A DNA stretch of 64,000 nucleotides from Candidatus Nomurabacteria bacterium (GCA_021413905.1 JAIOPO010000001.1:9159-73158), one strand, 5' to 3'; shown: positions 49,194-58,347, numbered from the stretch's first letter. The notes: generated by a model not told the origin, from the sequence alone. Translations and numbers: made by a program.

Positions 49194-50129
49194 ATGATTT
49201 ACATTTTTGTAAATTTTAGTAGAATGAAGAACATGGCTTTAATACCCCCACATTATTTAAATTCAGTAGTATCAATTGAGGTAGAAAGGAAAAATGACAA
49301 GGACGAAATACAAAAAGTTTCTATTGCTACTGGTTTTCTTGTAGGTAAACTTACTGGAAAAAGTAATGAAAAAGGACCTTTATATAATCTTTTTCTTGTA
49401 ACGAATAGACATGTTTTTCAAAATGAAAAAACAAATCAACTTTTAAAAGAAGCATTTTTTCGTTTTAATACAACTGACAATAAAGGGCATTACTTTAAGG
49501 TAAATCTTTTAAGAACAGACAACACTCACATATGGTCAATGCACAGTGATGAAAAAGTTGACTTAGCGGTACTGCCAATAAATGCTAAAGCAATTAATGA
49601 TGCAAAAATTAACTATCATTTTTTTTCTGATACTGACTTGTTTTATGCAAGAGATTTTAAGTCAAAAAATATACATACAGGAGACAGCCTGTTTGTTTTA
49701 GGTTTTCCTATGAGTATAAATGGTAAGGCAAAAAATTTTGTTATTGTAAGACAAGGAATAATTGCTCGTGTTGATGAAGAAGTTTTAAATGAACGTTTTT
49801 ACTATATTGATGCTTCAGCATATCCTGGAAACAGTGGAGGACCTGTTATTGTTAAACCAGAAATAGTTTCAATCCAAGGTACAACAAGTAATAATTCAGC
49901 TGGTCTTATTGGGGTTATAAGTTCTGGAGAAACTTATTCTGATGTTGCAGTAAGTAGTCAAACTGGTGAAGCACGAGTAATTTTTACTGAACAGACTGGA
50001 CTTGTTAGGATTGTACCTATTGAACTAATATATGAAATTATTGATACAATTACAAAACCCACAACGTTATTGCAAGAGGCTAAGGTTGAAGATGTTAGTT
50101 CTTCAGCAAAGGAAGAAATAAAAAATTAG
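49194..50129 (+). CDS. trypsin-like (S1) serine peptidase, apparently cytoplasmic (start may be 49224)
   Basis: LVTNRHV (His), a downstream Asp, and PGNSGGPVIV (Ser). No signal peptide. Confidence 0.65.
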   Translation: MIYIFVNFSRMKNMALIPPHYLNSVVSIEVERKNDKDEIQKVSIATGFLVGKLTGKSNEKGPLYNLFLVTNRHVFQNEKTNQLLKEAFFRFNTTDNKGHYFKVNLLRTDNTHIWSMHSDEKVDLAVLPINAKAINDAKINYHFFSDTDLFYARDFKSKNIHTGDSLFVLGFPMSINGKAKNFVIVRQGIIARVDEEVLNERFYYIDASAYPGNSGGPVIVKPEIVSIQGTTSNNSAGLIGVISSGETYSDVAVSSQTGEARVIFTEQTGLVRIVPIELIYEIIDTITKPTTLLQEAKVEDVSSSAKEEIKN

Positions 50130-50172
50130 TATATATATTTATATAGTTTACCATTTATGTTATAATTGCTCC

Positions 50173-50361
50173 ATGAGTGATAGACAACAAACTAGTAATG
50201 GTCAATTTAAAAAGAGACGAGGCGATACTCGTATTGGGACCATTGAAAAAGAATATGGTGTTGACTTTGGGGTGCGTTCTGACACAAAGCTAGCTACTTA
50301 TCTTGAGGAAAATGGGGTCCCTTCTCTTTCTAAGGCATTAAAGAAGTTAAACGACAAATAA
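50173..50361 (+). CDS. hypothetical small protein (translationally coupled to the next gene)
   Basis: 62-aa ORF. Its stop abuts the next start. Confidence 0.35.
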   Translation: MSDRQQTSNGQFKKRRGDTRIGTIEKEYGVDFGVRSDTKLATYLEENGVPSLSKALKKLNDK

Positions 50362-50362
50362 T

Positions 50363-50896
50363 ATGTCTTCGCATAGTCCAGATGTATTACACGCAAACAT
50401 TGAATGGCATATTGAATTGATTGCTATTCAGATTAGTCACGCAAAAAAAGTAAAGGGAAGAGCTAGAAGTGGTTATTACAAAATGGCTACCATTCTTGGA
50501 GCTACTATTGTTGAAGGTCTAGTGCACGCAATTTTACAAAACAAATTAGGAATAGATGGAGTTATATTTACAGGTAAAAAGATATCTTATGATTGTTGTG
50601 AATTACCAAAGAGATTTTCAGAAAAAGAGCAACTTGCTATATGTAAAAGAAAAGATGAAAAAATAGAACTTAAAAAGAATCCAGATTTTGCAGTTCTAAA
50701 TAACACTTGTTTAAAAGAAAGATTATTCTCAAAAGAAGTTTTTAATAGAGTTGAAGATGTGCGTAAAACAAGAAACAAAATTCATATTCAAGGTTTAGAC
50801 CACATTGACCGTAGTTATACAAATAATAATGTTGAAAAAATTGCAAAAACTGTTAATAGACTGGTAGATTTATATAATAGGTCTCATAATAATTAA
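50363..50896 (+). CDS. hypothetical protein with a HEPN-like R-x(4-6)-H motif
   Basis: VEDVRKTRNKIHIQG near the C-terminus. Confidence 0.35.
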   Translation: MSSHSPDVLHANIEWHIELIAIQISHAKKVKGRARSGYYKMATILGATIVEGLVHAILQNKLGIDGVIFTGKKISYDCCELPKRFSEKEQLAICKRKDEKIELKKNPDFAVLNNTCLKERLFSKEVFNRVEDVRKTRNKIHIQGLDHIDRSYTNNNVEKIAKTVNRLVDLYNRSHNN

Positions 50897-50899
50897 TTT

Positions 50900-51643
50900 A
50901 TGCCAAATAAAATTATACAAACTGAAATTGATAAAATTCTCGGTGAATTGGCTTTTTACAATGAACCTGAACTTCTAAAAGAAGAGTATAGGAAGTTTTT
51001 GAAGGTTGGTAAAAATTTTAATAAAGAAAAAAGTAAAAAATATTCTCAGTCATTAGCTAGTATAAATTGGTTTATAAAAAAAGTAGCTAAATATAAAATA
51101 TACTTTTCAGAGTTTTATCCATGTTCAACTGATAATATTCAAAAACATGAGGCTCTAGAACACCATATTCATGCGTATCTGGAAGATATAATTACTGTTA
51201 AAACTAAAACAACTAATTATATTGGTGAACTAAAAAATGACCTCAAGCAAGTTGTTGAAAATAAAAAAGAAATTAGTAACTCCCTTGATTGGCTTAAAGA
51301 ACAAATATATAAAACTTTTGAAGGTATATCAACGCAAAGAGACCAACATAGACATAGAGGTTTTAAGTTTGTAGATGGAGATATAACTAATGCGGAAATG
51401 GCTCACATAATGTTAGGGAAGGATTCTCTTTTCAAGGGTCATTTTACTGATTATGCTATTGAAAAATTTAAGGCACAAAAAGAGGAATCGTTTGAAAAAG
51501 CAAAAAAAAGTTGGTTGGAAAATACTTTAAAAAATTATGACCAAATTGAAGGACTAGCAAATGAAATGGTTAAAAGAACGAAACCATTTTTGTATCAATA
51601 TTTAGACATAGAACCATTAGATACACTATATCAAAGCCATTAA
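50900..51643 (+). CDS. hypothetical protein (last gene of the cargo operon)
   Basis: 247-aa ORF, 4 bp after the previous stop. Followed by a hairpin and T-run at ~51715-51745. Confidence 0.4.
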   Translation: MPNKIIQTEIDKILGELAFYNEPELLKEEYRKFLKVGKNFNKEKSKKYSQSLASINWFIKKVAKYKIYFSEFYPCSTDNIQKHEALEHHIHAYLEDIITVKTKTTNYIGELKNDLKQVVENKKEISNSLDWLKEQIYKTFEGISTQRDQHRHRGFKFVDGDITNAEMAHIMLGKDSLFKGHFTDYAIEKFKAQKEESFEKAKKSWLENTLKNYDQIEGLANEMVKRTKPFLYQYLDIEPLDTLYQSH

Positions 51644-51942
51644 TTGCTTCATTTGTTGCAAAGAAACAGACGGATAAGGAAAAATCTCTTCCCATTTGGT
51701 TGTTCGTAGAGTATACTTCCATTCGAGCCAAGTAGTACAAACGTCGCCGAAAGCGGCGTTTTGTGTTTGTATTGCTGTTTTTGTGAAAGTTAATACCTAT
51801 AATGAGTAAAATATGATAAATAATATAGAAATTACTTATTAGAGTCTAAAGAGGATCTTGCAAAATTTAAAGAATTTGTTTTTTTAAAGATATAAAGCTA
51901 TAATACATATGTATCAATATTATCAAATAATTTTAAAATAAA

Positions 51943-52068
51943 ATGGCAAAAAGAGGAACAACACTAAGTATTAGACCAAAATCAAGACGTTCTCATAAAA
52001 CAAAAAAGAGACTTGCTACCAAGAAAACAATGCTCGCTAGCAAATCTACTGGAAAGAAAAGAGGTTAA
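51943..52068 (+). CDS. rpmH: 50S ribosomal protein bL34
   Basis: MAKRGTTLSIRPKSRRSHKTKKRLATKKTMLASKSTGKKRG aligns to the bL34 consensus (KR.RSHGFR.RMATK.GR.VL..RR.KGRKRL). Confidence 0.6.
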   Translation: MAKRGTTLSIRPKSRRSHKTKKRLATKKTMLASKSTGKKRG

Positions 52069-52087
52069 TATTTAAATATATTTTGTC

Positions 52088-52116
52088 AAAAAAACCCATT
52101 AGTTGGGTTTTTTTGA
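52088..52116 (+). terminator. rho-independent terminator after rpmH
   Basis: aaaaaccca-ttagt-tgggttttttt. Confidence 0.6.
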
Positions 52117-52148
52117 TTTGACTTTACTTTTTACATTTTTAGTGTAAA

Positions 52149-52847
52149 GTGAAATTAGACAAAGCACAAAACATGGAAAATTTTAACAAAAATAATTCCA
52201 GTAATATTAATGAGTTTAATAGACGTGATTTGGAAAAAGATGTCTATGAAATTTTTAATATTTTGGAATTTGAGAAAGTCATCATTTCTTTTGATAAACT
52301 AAATGTATCAAGAGCTGATAATGCTTTGGTTTTTAGAACATTTCCAATAGATACAAAAAAAAGATTTTTGGATTTTGTTTTTAATCAAAGAAAGAATTTG
52401 TCATCACCTTATGATATTTATGTTTACGAAAGTGGCATAGATGTCAAATTGTTAATTAGTCCTAGTTACCAATATAATAAATTGGAGGATGAAATTAAAA
52501 AAGAATTAGCAATCAGAATAAAAGGGTTGCGTCTCGAGTGGATTTTTTTTGAAATTGTTAAAAAGCAAATATCTGAAAATAAAGAATTTTCTGATATTAT
52601 CAATGATATTTGTTTTTCCGAAGTTACTGATAATTTCCAACGCGCAATTAATTTTTTTCTAATTGGTTTAAATAAAAAAACACCACTACAATTAGTGGGT
52701 GGAAAATTTGACCAAAGGGCACATAAAAAATTGATGAAAAATATTCCTTCTTTGAGGTTTTCTGAACAAGAAGATTATCAGAATACCTTTAAAAAGGTAT
52801 TGGAAATACATCAGAATTATCCTTTGAAATCACTTCATTTGTTTTGA
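52149..52847 (+). CDS. hypothetical protein (not RnpA-like)
   Basis: 232-aa ORF. Confidence 0.4.
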   Translation: MKLDKAQNMENFNKNNSSNINEFNRRDLEKDVYEIFNILEFEKVIISFDKLNVSRADNALVFRTFPIDTKKRFLDFVFNQRKNLSSPYDIYVYESGIDVKLLISPSYQYNKLEDEIKKELAIRIKGLRLEWIFFEIVKKQISENKEFSDIINDICFSEVTDNFQRAINFFLIGLNKKTPLQLVGGKFDQRAHKKLMKNIPSLRFSEQEDYQNTFKKVLEIHQNYPLKSLHLF

Positions 52848-52897
52848 TTTTGGGATGTAAAAATTAAAAGCTCTGGCGTGTTTACGTCAGAGCTTTT

Positions 52898-53398
52898 TTA
52901 TTTAACAATGATTAAAATAGTTTTAATGATTGTTACCCAGATTATGTTCGACAAAAAAGAACTTATTAAGACAAGAAACAACGTAAAGATATTAGGAATG
53001 CCATCATGAGTATTGATACCTTTTCTGTAATAAAGTATTACAACTCTGGGACCTAATAAAAATATTTTGATTTGCCTTAATGCTGTTTTTACAAAAACAG
53101 TAAATTTTCTCGTCTCTTTGTTGTCACTGTGTAGTTTTTTTGCTCTTTTAATAATCTCTTTATCTTTTTCGATTCCAAGCCAATCAGCTTTTTTGTAATC
53201 GTAAATCAATAAGAAAAATAAAGTCAAAAAGAAAGAAAAAACAGACATAAGTGACACAATCAACCAAAAATTATTTTTGTGCAATACCATGAATGTGGTA
53301 ATGACGGTGTTTATCGTTCGTAATATTACACCAATCATTATTTCAATACTCAGATAATTGCGTATTTTTTTTAAAAAATACAAAATTCTACTTTTCAA
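52898..53398 (-). CDS. hypothetical integral membrane protein
   Basis: ORF with multiple transmembrane helices. Confidence 0.4.
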   Translation of the reverse strand: MKSRILYFLKKIRNYLSIEIMIGVILRTINTVITTFMVLHKNNFWLIVSLMSVFSFFLTLFFLLIYDYKKADWLGIEKDKEIIKRAKKLHSDNKETRKFTVFVKTALRQIKIFLLGPRVVILYYRKGINTHDGIPNIFTLFLVLISSFLSNIIWVTIIKTILIIVK

Positions 53399-53438
53399 AA
53401 TACCTCCTTTAAAATTCTTTGTACAGTATGTATTATTT

Positions 53439-54299
53439 TTAATATTTTAACAAGTTTGTTTTTTTGTAAATACTATAATCTATTTCTTTTTTACCTTCTG
53501 GTAAAATACTTTTTATAACAAAATTATTATCTATTAAACTCGCATCGGTTATGATCATTCTTTTGTTTTCTTTGAAAAAGAAAATTCTTGGCCAACCATA
53601 ATATGCTCGAAATTTATTATATAAAATATTTGAAGATTCAGATTCTAAATCAACCAGACCGTCTTCTTTTTTTATTTTTTTACAATGTGTGACAAGATTT
53701 TCGTCTTGTTTTTCTGATTTTATTTTTTCATCTATGAAATCAGGTAATATTTTTACCAATAATTTACTACCGATTTCAATCAATCTTTTTCGGAGCTTGG
53801 GAGCATTTTCATCCGGATATATTTCAGTTTTTTCTTGTGCCAATATATCTCCGGCGTCCATCTTGTAAACCATTTTTTGTATACTTACACCTGTCTCATT
53901 TTCTTCATTTAAAATCGCGGATTCGACGGGGGATGCTCCTCTGTATTTAGGTAGTAATGAGTAATGTATATTAATTGAACCTAATTTTGGCATATTTATT
54001 ATTTCCTCCGGTAAAATTTTTCCATAAGCTACAACCAAGAAAAATTGAATATTTTGTTCATTTATATTAATTTCTTCTTTGGTTATTTTATCTGGTTGAA
54101 TATATGGAATATTGTTTTCTATTGCCCAAGTTTTTACCGGTGGAGGAGTGACAATCATTTTTCTTCCTTGTGGTTTATCAGGAGATGTGATTATCAGAGA
54201 AGGCAAATAGCCATTTTGTTTTAAAATTTCAAGTGTCTCAGATGCTACATCTGGTGTACCAAAAAATACGAAATTTAATTTATTATTTTCTTTTTGCAT
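53439..54299 (-). CDS. fmt: methionyl-tRNA formyltransferase
   Basis: FFGTPDVASETLEIL ... SLLPKYRGASP. Confidence 0.85.
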   Translation of the reverse strand: MQKENNKLNFVFFGTPDVASETLEILKQNGYLPSLIITSPDKPQGRKMIVTPPPVKTWAIENNIPYIQPDKITKEEININEQNIQFFLVVAYGKILPEEIINMPKLGSINIHYSLLPKYRGASPVESAILNEENETGVSIQKMVYKMDAGDILAQEKTEIYPDENAPKLRKRLIEIGSKLLVKILPDFIDEKIKSEKQDENLVTHCKKIKKEDGLVDLESESSNILYNKFRAYYGWPRIFFFKENKRMIITDASLIDNNFVIKSILPEGKKEIDYSIYKKTNLLKY

Positions 54300-54320
54300 A
54301 ATTGTTTTGCTACTGAAAGT

Positions 54321-54863
54321 TTACTGAAGGTGGGGATGTTCTTCTTTTAAATTTTTTGCATGATCAACGAAAAGAATACCATTTAGGTGATCTGTCTCGT
54401 GTTGGAAAATTTGTGCCAAAAGACCGCTACCTCCACGAGTAAATTTCTTACCATTTTCATCATAAGCTGTAACTGTAGCCTTTTTAGATCTGTGAGTTTC
54501 TCCATAAAGCCAACGCACAGACAAGCAACCTTCTGGGACCCATTTTTTTTCTTTTGATAATTTTGATATTTTAGGATTTATGAATACCAAATGAGAGAGA
54601 TCATCTTTTTTGTTTTGTGGGATGTCTAATGAAGGTGTGTTTTCTAGAAAATTTTTATCAAATACTTTTCCTGCCACTACGAAAATACGTAATGATACGC
54701 CAATCTGCGGAGCAGCAATAGCTACTCCGTCACCTTGACTATCTAGAGCATCTTTCATGTCCTTAAGAATTTTTTTAAGCTTTGGTTTACCAATATCTGC
54801 AATCGGTACCTCTTTTGCTACCGTACTTAGAACATTGTTTCCTTTTTGAACAATCTCAATCAT
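54321..54863 (-). CDS. def: peptide deformylase
   Basis: GVAIAAPQIGVSLRIFVV, EGCLS and HETDHLNGILF. Confidence 0.9.
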   Translation of the reverse strand: MIEIVQKGNNVLSTVAKEVPIADIGKPKLKKILKDMKDALDSQGDGVAIAAPQIGVSLRIFVVAGKVFDKNFLENTPSLDIPQNKKDDLSHLVFINPKISKLSKEKKWVPEGCLSVRWLYGETHRSKKATVTAYDENGKKFTRGGSGLLAQIFQHETDHLNGILFVDHAKNLKEEHPHLQ

Positions 54864-54868
54864 TGTTT

Positions 54869-56173
54869 TTATTTAATTTCTTTTAAATATTCCAAAAGTT
54901 TTGTTAATTTGACTGTATCTTGAGATCTGTTGGACATATTGCGTACAATAACAGAATTTTCTAATGCTTCTTTTTGTCCAAAGATAAGTGCGTATGGAAC
55001 TTGTAATTTTTCGGCAATAGCAAGTTGAGAACCTAGATTGTCTTTAGATAAAGATTGAGCCATAGGTATATGAGCTTTTCTTAAAATTTCTATAACATTT
55101 AGACTTTTCAATTTGGCTTCACCGCCAAGTTGAATAAAATATATTTTTGGTTTTTTGATTATACGTGGGGCAAGTTTTTTATACCAAGGAGCAGATACTA
55201 TACGATCTACACCAATAGAAAAACCAACAGCAGGGACATCTTTTTTACTGCCAAGTTGTTTACCTAAATAATCATAACGACCTCCTCCGGCGATAGTCAA
55301 AGGAGTGCCATCTTCTGAACCGTTTTGCTCGATAACTTCAAAAACTGTTCGAGTGTAATAAGACAAACCACGTACCAGATTTTTATTTATGTTGTATTGT
55401 ATGCCCATTTCTTCAAGATATTCCAAAACTTCTTTGAAATGTTTTTTACAAGAAGGACAAAGGAAAGACACAGCATCAGGAGCATGTTCGTTTATTTCTT
55501 TTGTTTTTTCTTCTTTTGAGTCAAGTATACGCAAAGGATTTGTTTTTAATCTTTCACGATCTATTGCCGGTAATTGATTTAAATGTTTTTTGTAGTAATT
55601 GGTTAATTCTTTGATATACCCATTTCGGCATTCTTTATCTCCAATTGAATTTATATCAATAGAAAGATTTTCTGCACCGGCTTCTTCTAAGATACTCATG
55701 CCTGCTTTTATTACAAGAGCGTCCATGATACTTTTTTCACTGCCTAAAATATCTAAGTCAAATTGATAGAATTGTCGATATCGACCGCGTTGAGGTTTAT
55801 CATGTCTAAATGAAGAACCATATTGATAAAACATCACAGGTTGAGGCATGTTTTGCATTCCATGTTCTATATATGCACGCATAAGTGGAGCAGTGTGTTC
55901 AGGACGTAATGCAAGATGATCACCACCTTTTGTTTTAAGTGTATAAATTTCTTTATCTATTATGTCTGTGCCTTCTCCTATGCCAGTAGTAAAGATTTCT
56001 TCATTTTCTAAAACTGGTGTTTCTATTGGTTTGAAACCATAGTATATGCAGACTTCTTGAGCTTTCTCAAAAAAACCTTGAAAATTGTAATATTCTTCGT
56101 TCATGATATCACGCATTCCTTTTGGTGAAGTCATATCTTTTATTGCTGTTTTTGTTTTTTTTGTATTATTCAT
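54869..56173 (-). CDS. hisS: histidine--tRNA ligase
   Basis: KGMRDI, ALRPEHTAPLMRAY, FRHDKPQRGRYRQFYQFDLDILG and GGGRYDYL. Confidence 0.9.
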   Translation of the reverse strand: MNNTKKTKTAIKDMTSPKGMRDIMNEEYYNFQGFFEKAQEVCIYYGFKPIETPVLENEEIFTTGIGEGTDIIDKEIYTLKTKGGDHLALRPEHTAPLMRAYIEHGMQNMPQPVMFYQYGSSFRHDKPQRGRYRQFYQFDLDILGSEKSIMDALVIKAGMSILEEAGAENLSIDINSIGDKECRNGYIKELTNYYKKHLNQLPAIDRERLKTNPLRILDSKEEKTKEINEHAPDAVSFLCPSCKKHFKEVLEYLEEMGIQYNINKNLVRGLSYYTRTVFEVIEQNGSEDGTPLTIAGGGRYDYLGKQLGSKKDVPAVGFSIGVDRIVSAPWYKKLAPRIIKKPKIYFIQLGGEAKLKSLNVIEILRKAHIPMAQSLSKDNLGSQLAIAEKLQVPYALIFGQKEALENSVIVRNMSNRSQDTVKLTKLLEYLKEIK

Positions 56174-56744
56174 TTTGATTATATTTACCTGGTAATATGT
56201 TTATTTTATTTATTGGAAGAAGTCTTAAAAATGCTCTACCTATCATTAGATGTCTTGGTACAGGACCCCAAGCACGTGAATCATAACTTCCTGTCCTGTT
56301 GTCTCCCATTACAAAATATTCATCGTTTCCTAATTCTGCATGTATGTCATCATTACTTTTATTTTCTACAAAAGGTTGATCCAATTTGAATCCTTCAGGG
56401 TGTTCTTTGTTTATGATCGTTACTTCGTTACCAGAAATATTTACAGTTTCATTTGGTAGACCTATAACTCTTTTTATAAAGAATTTTTTTGTGTCATTTG
56501 GATATCTAAAAATTACAACATCATCTCTTTTTGGATTATTTAAATAAAAAGAAATCTCATCTACAATTAAATATTGTCCGTCATGAAAAGTGGGGAACAT
56601 AGAAGAGCCGGATACTACAAATGGTTGAGCTATAAATATTCTTATGGGTATAACTATCGCTATTGCTATTAGTGCAAAGCGTAATAATTCCCAAAAGTTT
56701 TGCCAACCAGTTTGTTTTTTATTTTCTTCTTGTTTATTTTCCAT
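56166..56744 (-). CDS. lepB: signal peptidase I
   Basis: VVSGSSMFPTF (Ser box), RVIGLPNETV, and GDNRTGSYDSRAWGPV. Confidence 0.85.
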   Translation of the reverse strand: MENKQEENKKQTGWQNFWELLRFALIAIAIVIPIRIFIAQPFVVSGSSMFPTFHDGQYLIVDEISFYLNNPKRDDVVIFRYPNDTKKFFIKRVIGLPNETVNISGNEVTIINKEHPEGFKLDQPFVENKSNDDIHAELGNDEYFVMGDNRTGSYDSRAWGPVPRHLMIGRAFLRLLPINKINILPGKYNQNE

Positions 56745-56840
56745 TTACACATTCTATCACAAAACAAGCTTGACATAAAATACAAATATGTTTTCTGGTA
56801 ATAATTGCTTTATAAAGATATTTGATGTTATAATTTATTT

Positions 56841-57368
56841 ATGAAAATAGTTGTTGGTTTGGGAAATCCTGGAAAAGAATATGAAAATACAAGACACAAT
56901 GCAGGTCGTATTGTGGTTGAAATTATTGAAAAAAAGTTATCTGATATAAAGATAAAATTTATCACACCAGATAATTTTATGAATAATTCCGGTAAGGCAG
57001 TCGCGCCTTTCATAAAAACAAAAAAAGATTTGGAAAATCTCGTAGTTATTTATGATGACATTGATTTGCCAATCGGAAAAATTAAAATTTCTTTCAATAG
57101 GTCCTCTGGTGGACATAATGGTGTGGGTTCAATTATTAAATCATTAAAATCTCAAGAATTTTTACGTATACGTGTGGGTATTTGTCCTGCGACACCGACA
57201 GGCAAATTAAAAAAACCAAAAGGAGAAGACGCAGTGTTAAAATTTTTGCTTGGAGAATTCAAAAAACCAGAACTCGACGAAATAAAAAAACTTTCAAAGA
57301 AAATAGCCGAAGCAGTGGAGACAATTTTCACCGAAGGCAAAGACAAGGCAATGAGCTTGTACAATTAA
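56841..57368 (+). CDS. pth: peptidyl-tRNA hydrolase
   Basis: MKIVVGLGNPGKEYENTRHNAGRIVVE. Confidence 0.9.
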   Translation: MKIVVGLGNPGKEYENTRHNAGRIVVEIIEKKLSDIKIKFITPDNFMNNSGKAVAPFIKTKKDLENLVVIYDDIDLPIGKIKISFNRSSGGHNGVGSIIKSLKSQEFLRIRVGICPATPTGKLKKPKGEDAVLKFLLGEFKKPELDEIKKLSKKIAEAVETIFTEGKDKAMSLYN

Positions 57369-57369
57369 T

Positions 57370-57406
57370 CCCATATGTCTGACATATGGAAAAACTTTTG
57401 TTTGTA
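57370..57406. repeat. left REP-like double hairpin (catatgtctgacatatg plus aaaaacttttg) flanking the Y1 transposase
   Basis: 37-nt direct repeat of the 58108-58144 copy with 1 mismatch. Confidence 0.75.
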
Positions 57407-57421
57407 TGATATAATACATTT

Positions 57422-58120
57422 ATGTCATATAGAAAAGAGGCGCTTGTGGACGGTGAATATTATCACGTCTACAATCGGGGTAACAGTAAACAAAATATAT
57501 TTTTAGACAAAGCTGATTACGAGCATTTTGTGAAATGTCTTTTTGTGTGTAATACTCATCGTAATTTTAATTTTCGAGATAATATTGTTTCTCCAAATAT
57601 TGATTCTTTTGATTTTGATCGGGGAGAGACTTTGGTATCTATTGGTGCTTGGGTTTTAATGCCAAATCATTTTCATATTTATTTAACAATCAATCCAAAT
57701 CGTTCTCATAAATCTGACAATTGGAAAAAGAATAATATTTCAGAATTCATGCGCAAACTTTCCACCGCATATTCAAAATATTTTAATGCAAAATACAATA
57801 GAACTGGCGGACTTTTTGAAGGTACTTTTAAATCTGTGATGATGTCGCAAGATACTCAGTCAAAATATATTTTTGCTTACATACATTTGAATCCGGTAAA
57901 AATTATTGATCATAATTGGCGGACAAAAGGTATTGATAAAAAGAAAGCTGTGGATTTTTTGAATACTTATAAATGGGGTAGTTATTTGGATTATGCCTCA
58001 GAAGAAGAACGTAAAGAAAGTACTATATTGCAAAAGTCTGATTTTCCAAAGTATTTTCTTGATATTAAAGATTTTAATGATGAAATTTTTGACTGGCTCA
58101 GTTTTCCCCCATATGTCTGA
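57422..58120 (+). CDS. tnpA: IS200/IS605-family Y1 (HUH) transposase, RAYT-like
   Basis: HVYNRG...MPNHFHIYL (HUH motif) and the catalytic-Tyr region YIHLNPVK. The C-terminal codons and stop lie inside the right hairpin. Confidence 0.75.
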   Translation: MSYRKEALVDGEYYHVYNRGNSKQNIFLDKADYEHFVKCLFVCNTHRNFNFRDNIVSPNIDSFDFDRGETLVSIGAWVLMPNHFHIYLTINPNRSHKSDNWKKNNISEFMRKLSTAYSKYFNAKYNRTGGLFEGTFKSVMMSQDTQSKYIFAYIHLNPVKIIDHNWRTKGIDKKKAVDFLNTYKWGSYLDYASEEERKESTILQKSDFPKYFLDIKDFNDEIFDWLSFPPYV

Positions 58121-58144
58121 CATATGGAAAAGCTTTTGTTTGTA
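58108..58144. repeat. right REP-like double hairpin flanking the Y1 transposase
   Basis: cccatatgtctgacatatggaaaagcttttgtttgta. Confidence 0.75.
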
Positions 58145-58347
58145 AGGTTTTTTAGCATTTGATTTATCTTTATATTTTTAATATATTATATTAAGTTGAT
58201 AGTTCTTTAAAAAAGGTTTTTCTCTCTGTTTAAGAATCAATGAAATTAATCGTTGTTTCAAATAACAGAGGGAGAAGCCGAATACCCTTACTTTTAGAGT
58301 AAAAAAATAGTAGGTTTGAAAAATTTTAAACTTAAAAATTCAGTATC

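Larger units (their letters stand above)
43830..51800. mobile_element. integrative element (~8 kb) inserted at the tRNA-Asn 3' end. Prophage-remnant or phage-satellite-like. Right boundary is approximate.
   Basis: Serine integrase overlapping the tRNA, HTH_36 replication protein, excisionase-type HTH protein, terminase-small-like protein, and cargo genes. Core genes resume at rpmH (51943). Confidence 0.55.

Noticed and set aside
58224-58283. Long-range stem ttctctctgtt / aacagagggagaa upstream of the membrane-protein gene at 58348, as a riboswitch candidate
   Set aside because: A single imperfect stem with a 36-nt AT-rich loop. No recognisable riboswitch core. Noted only as a possible 5'-UTR structure.
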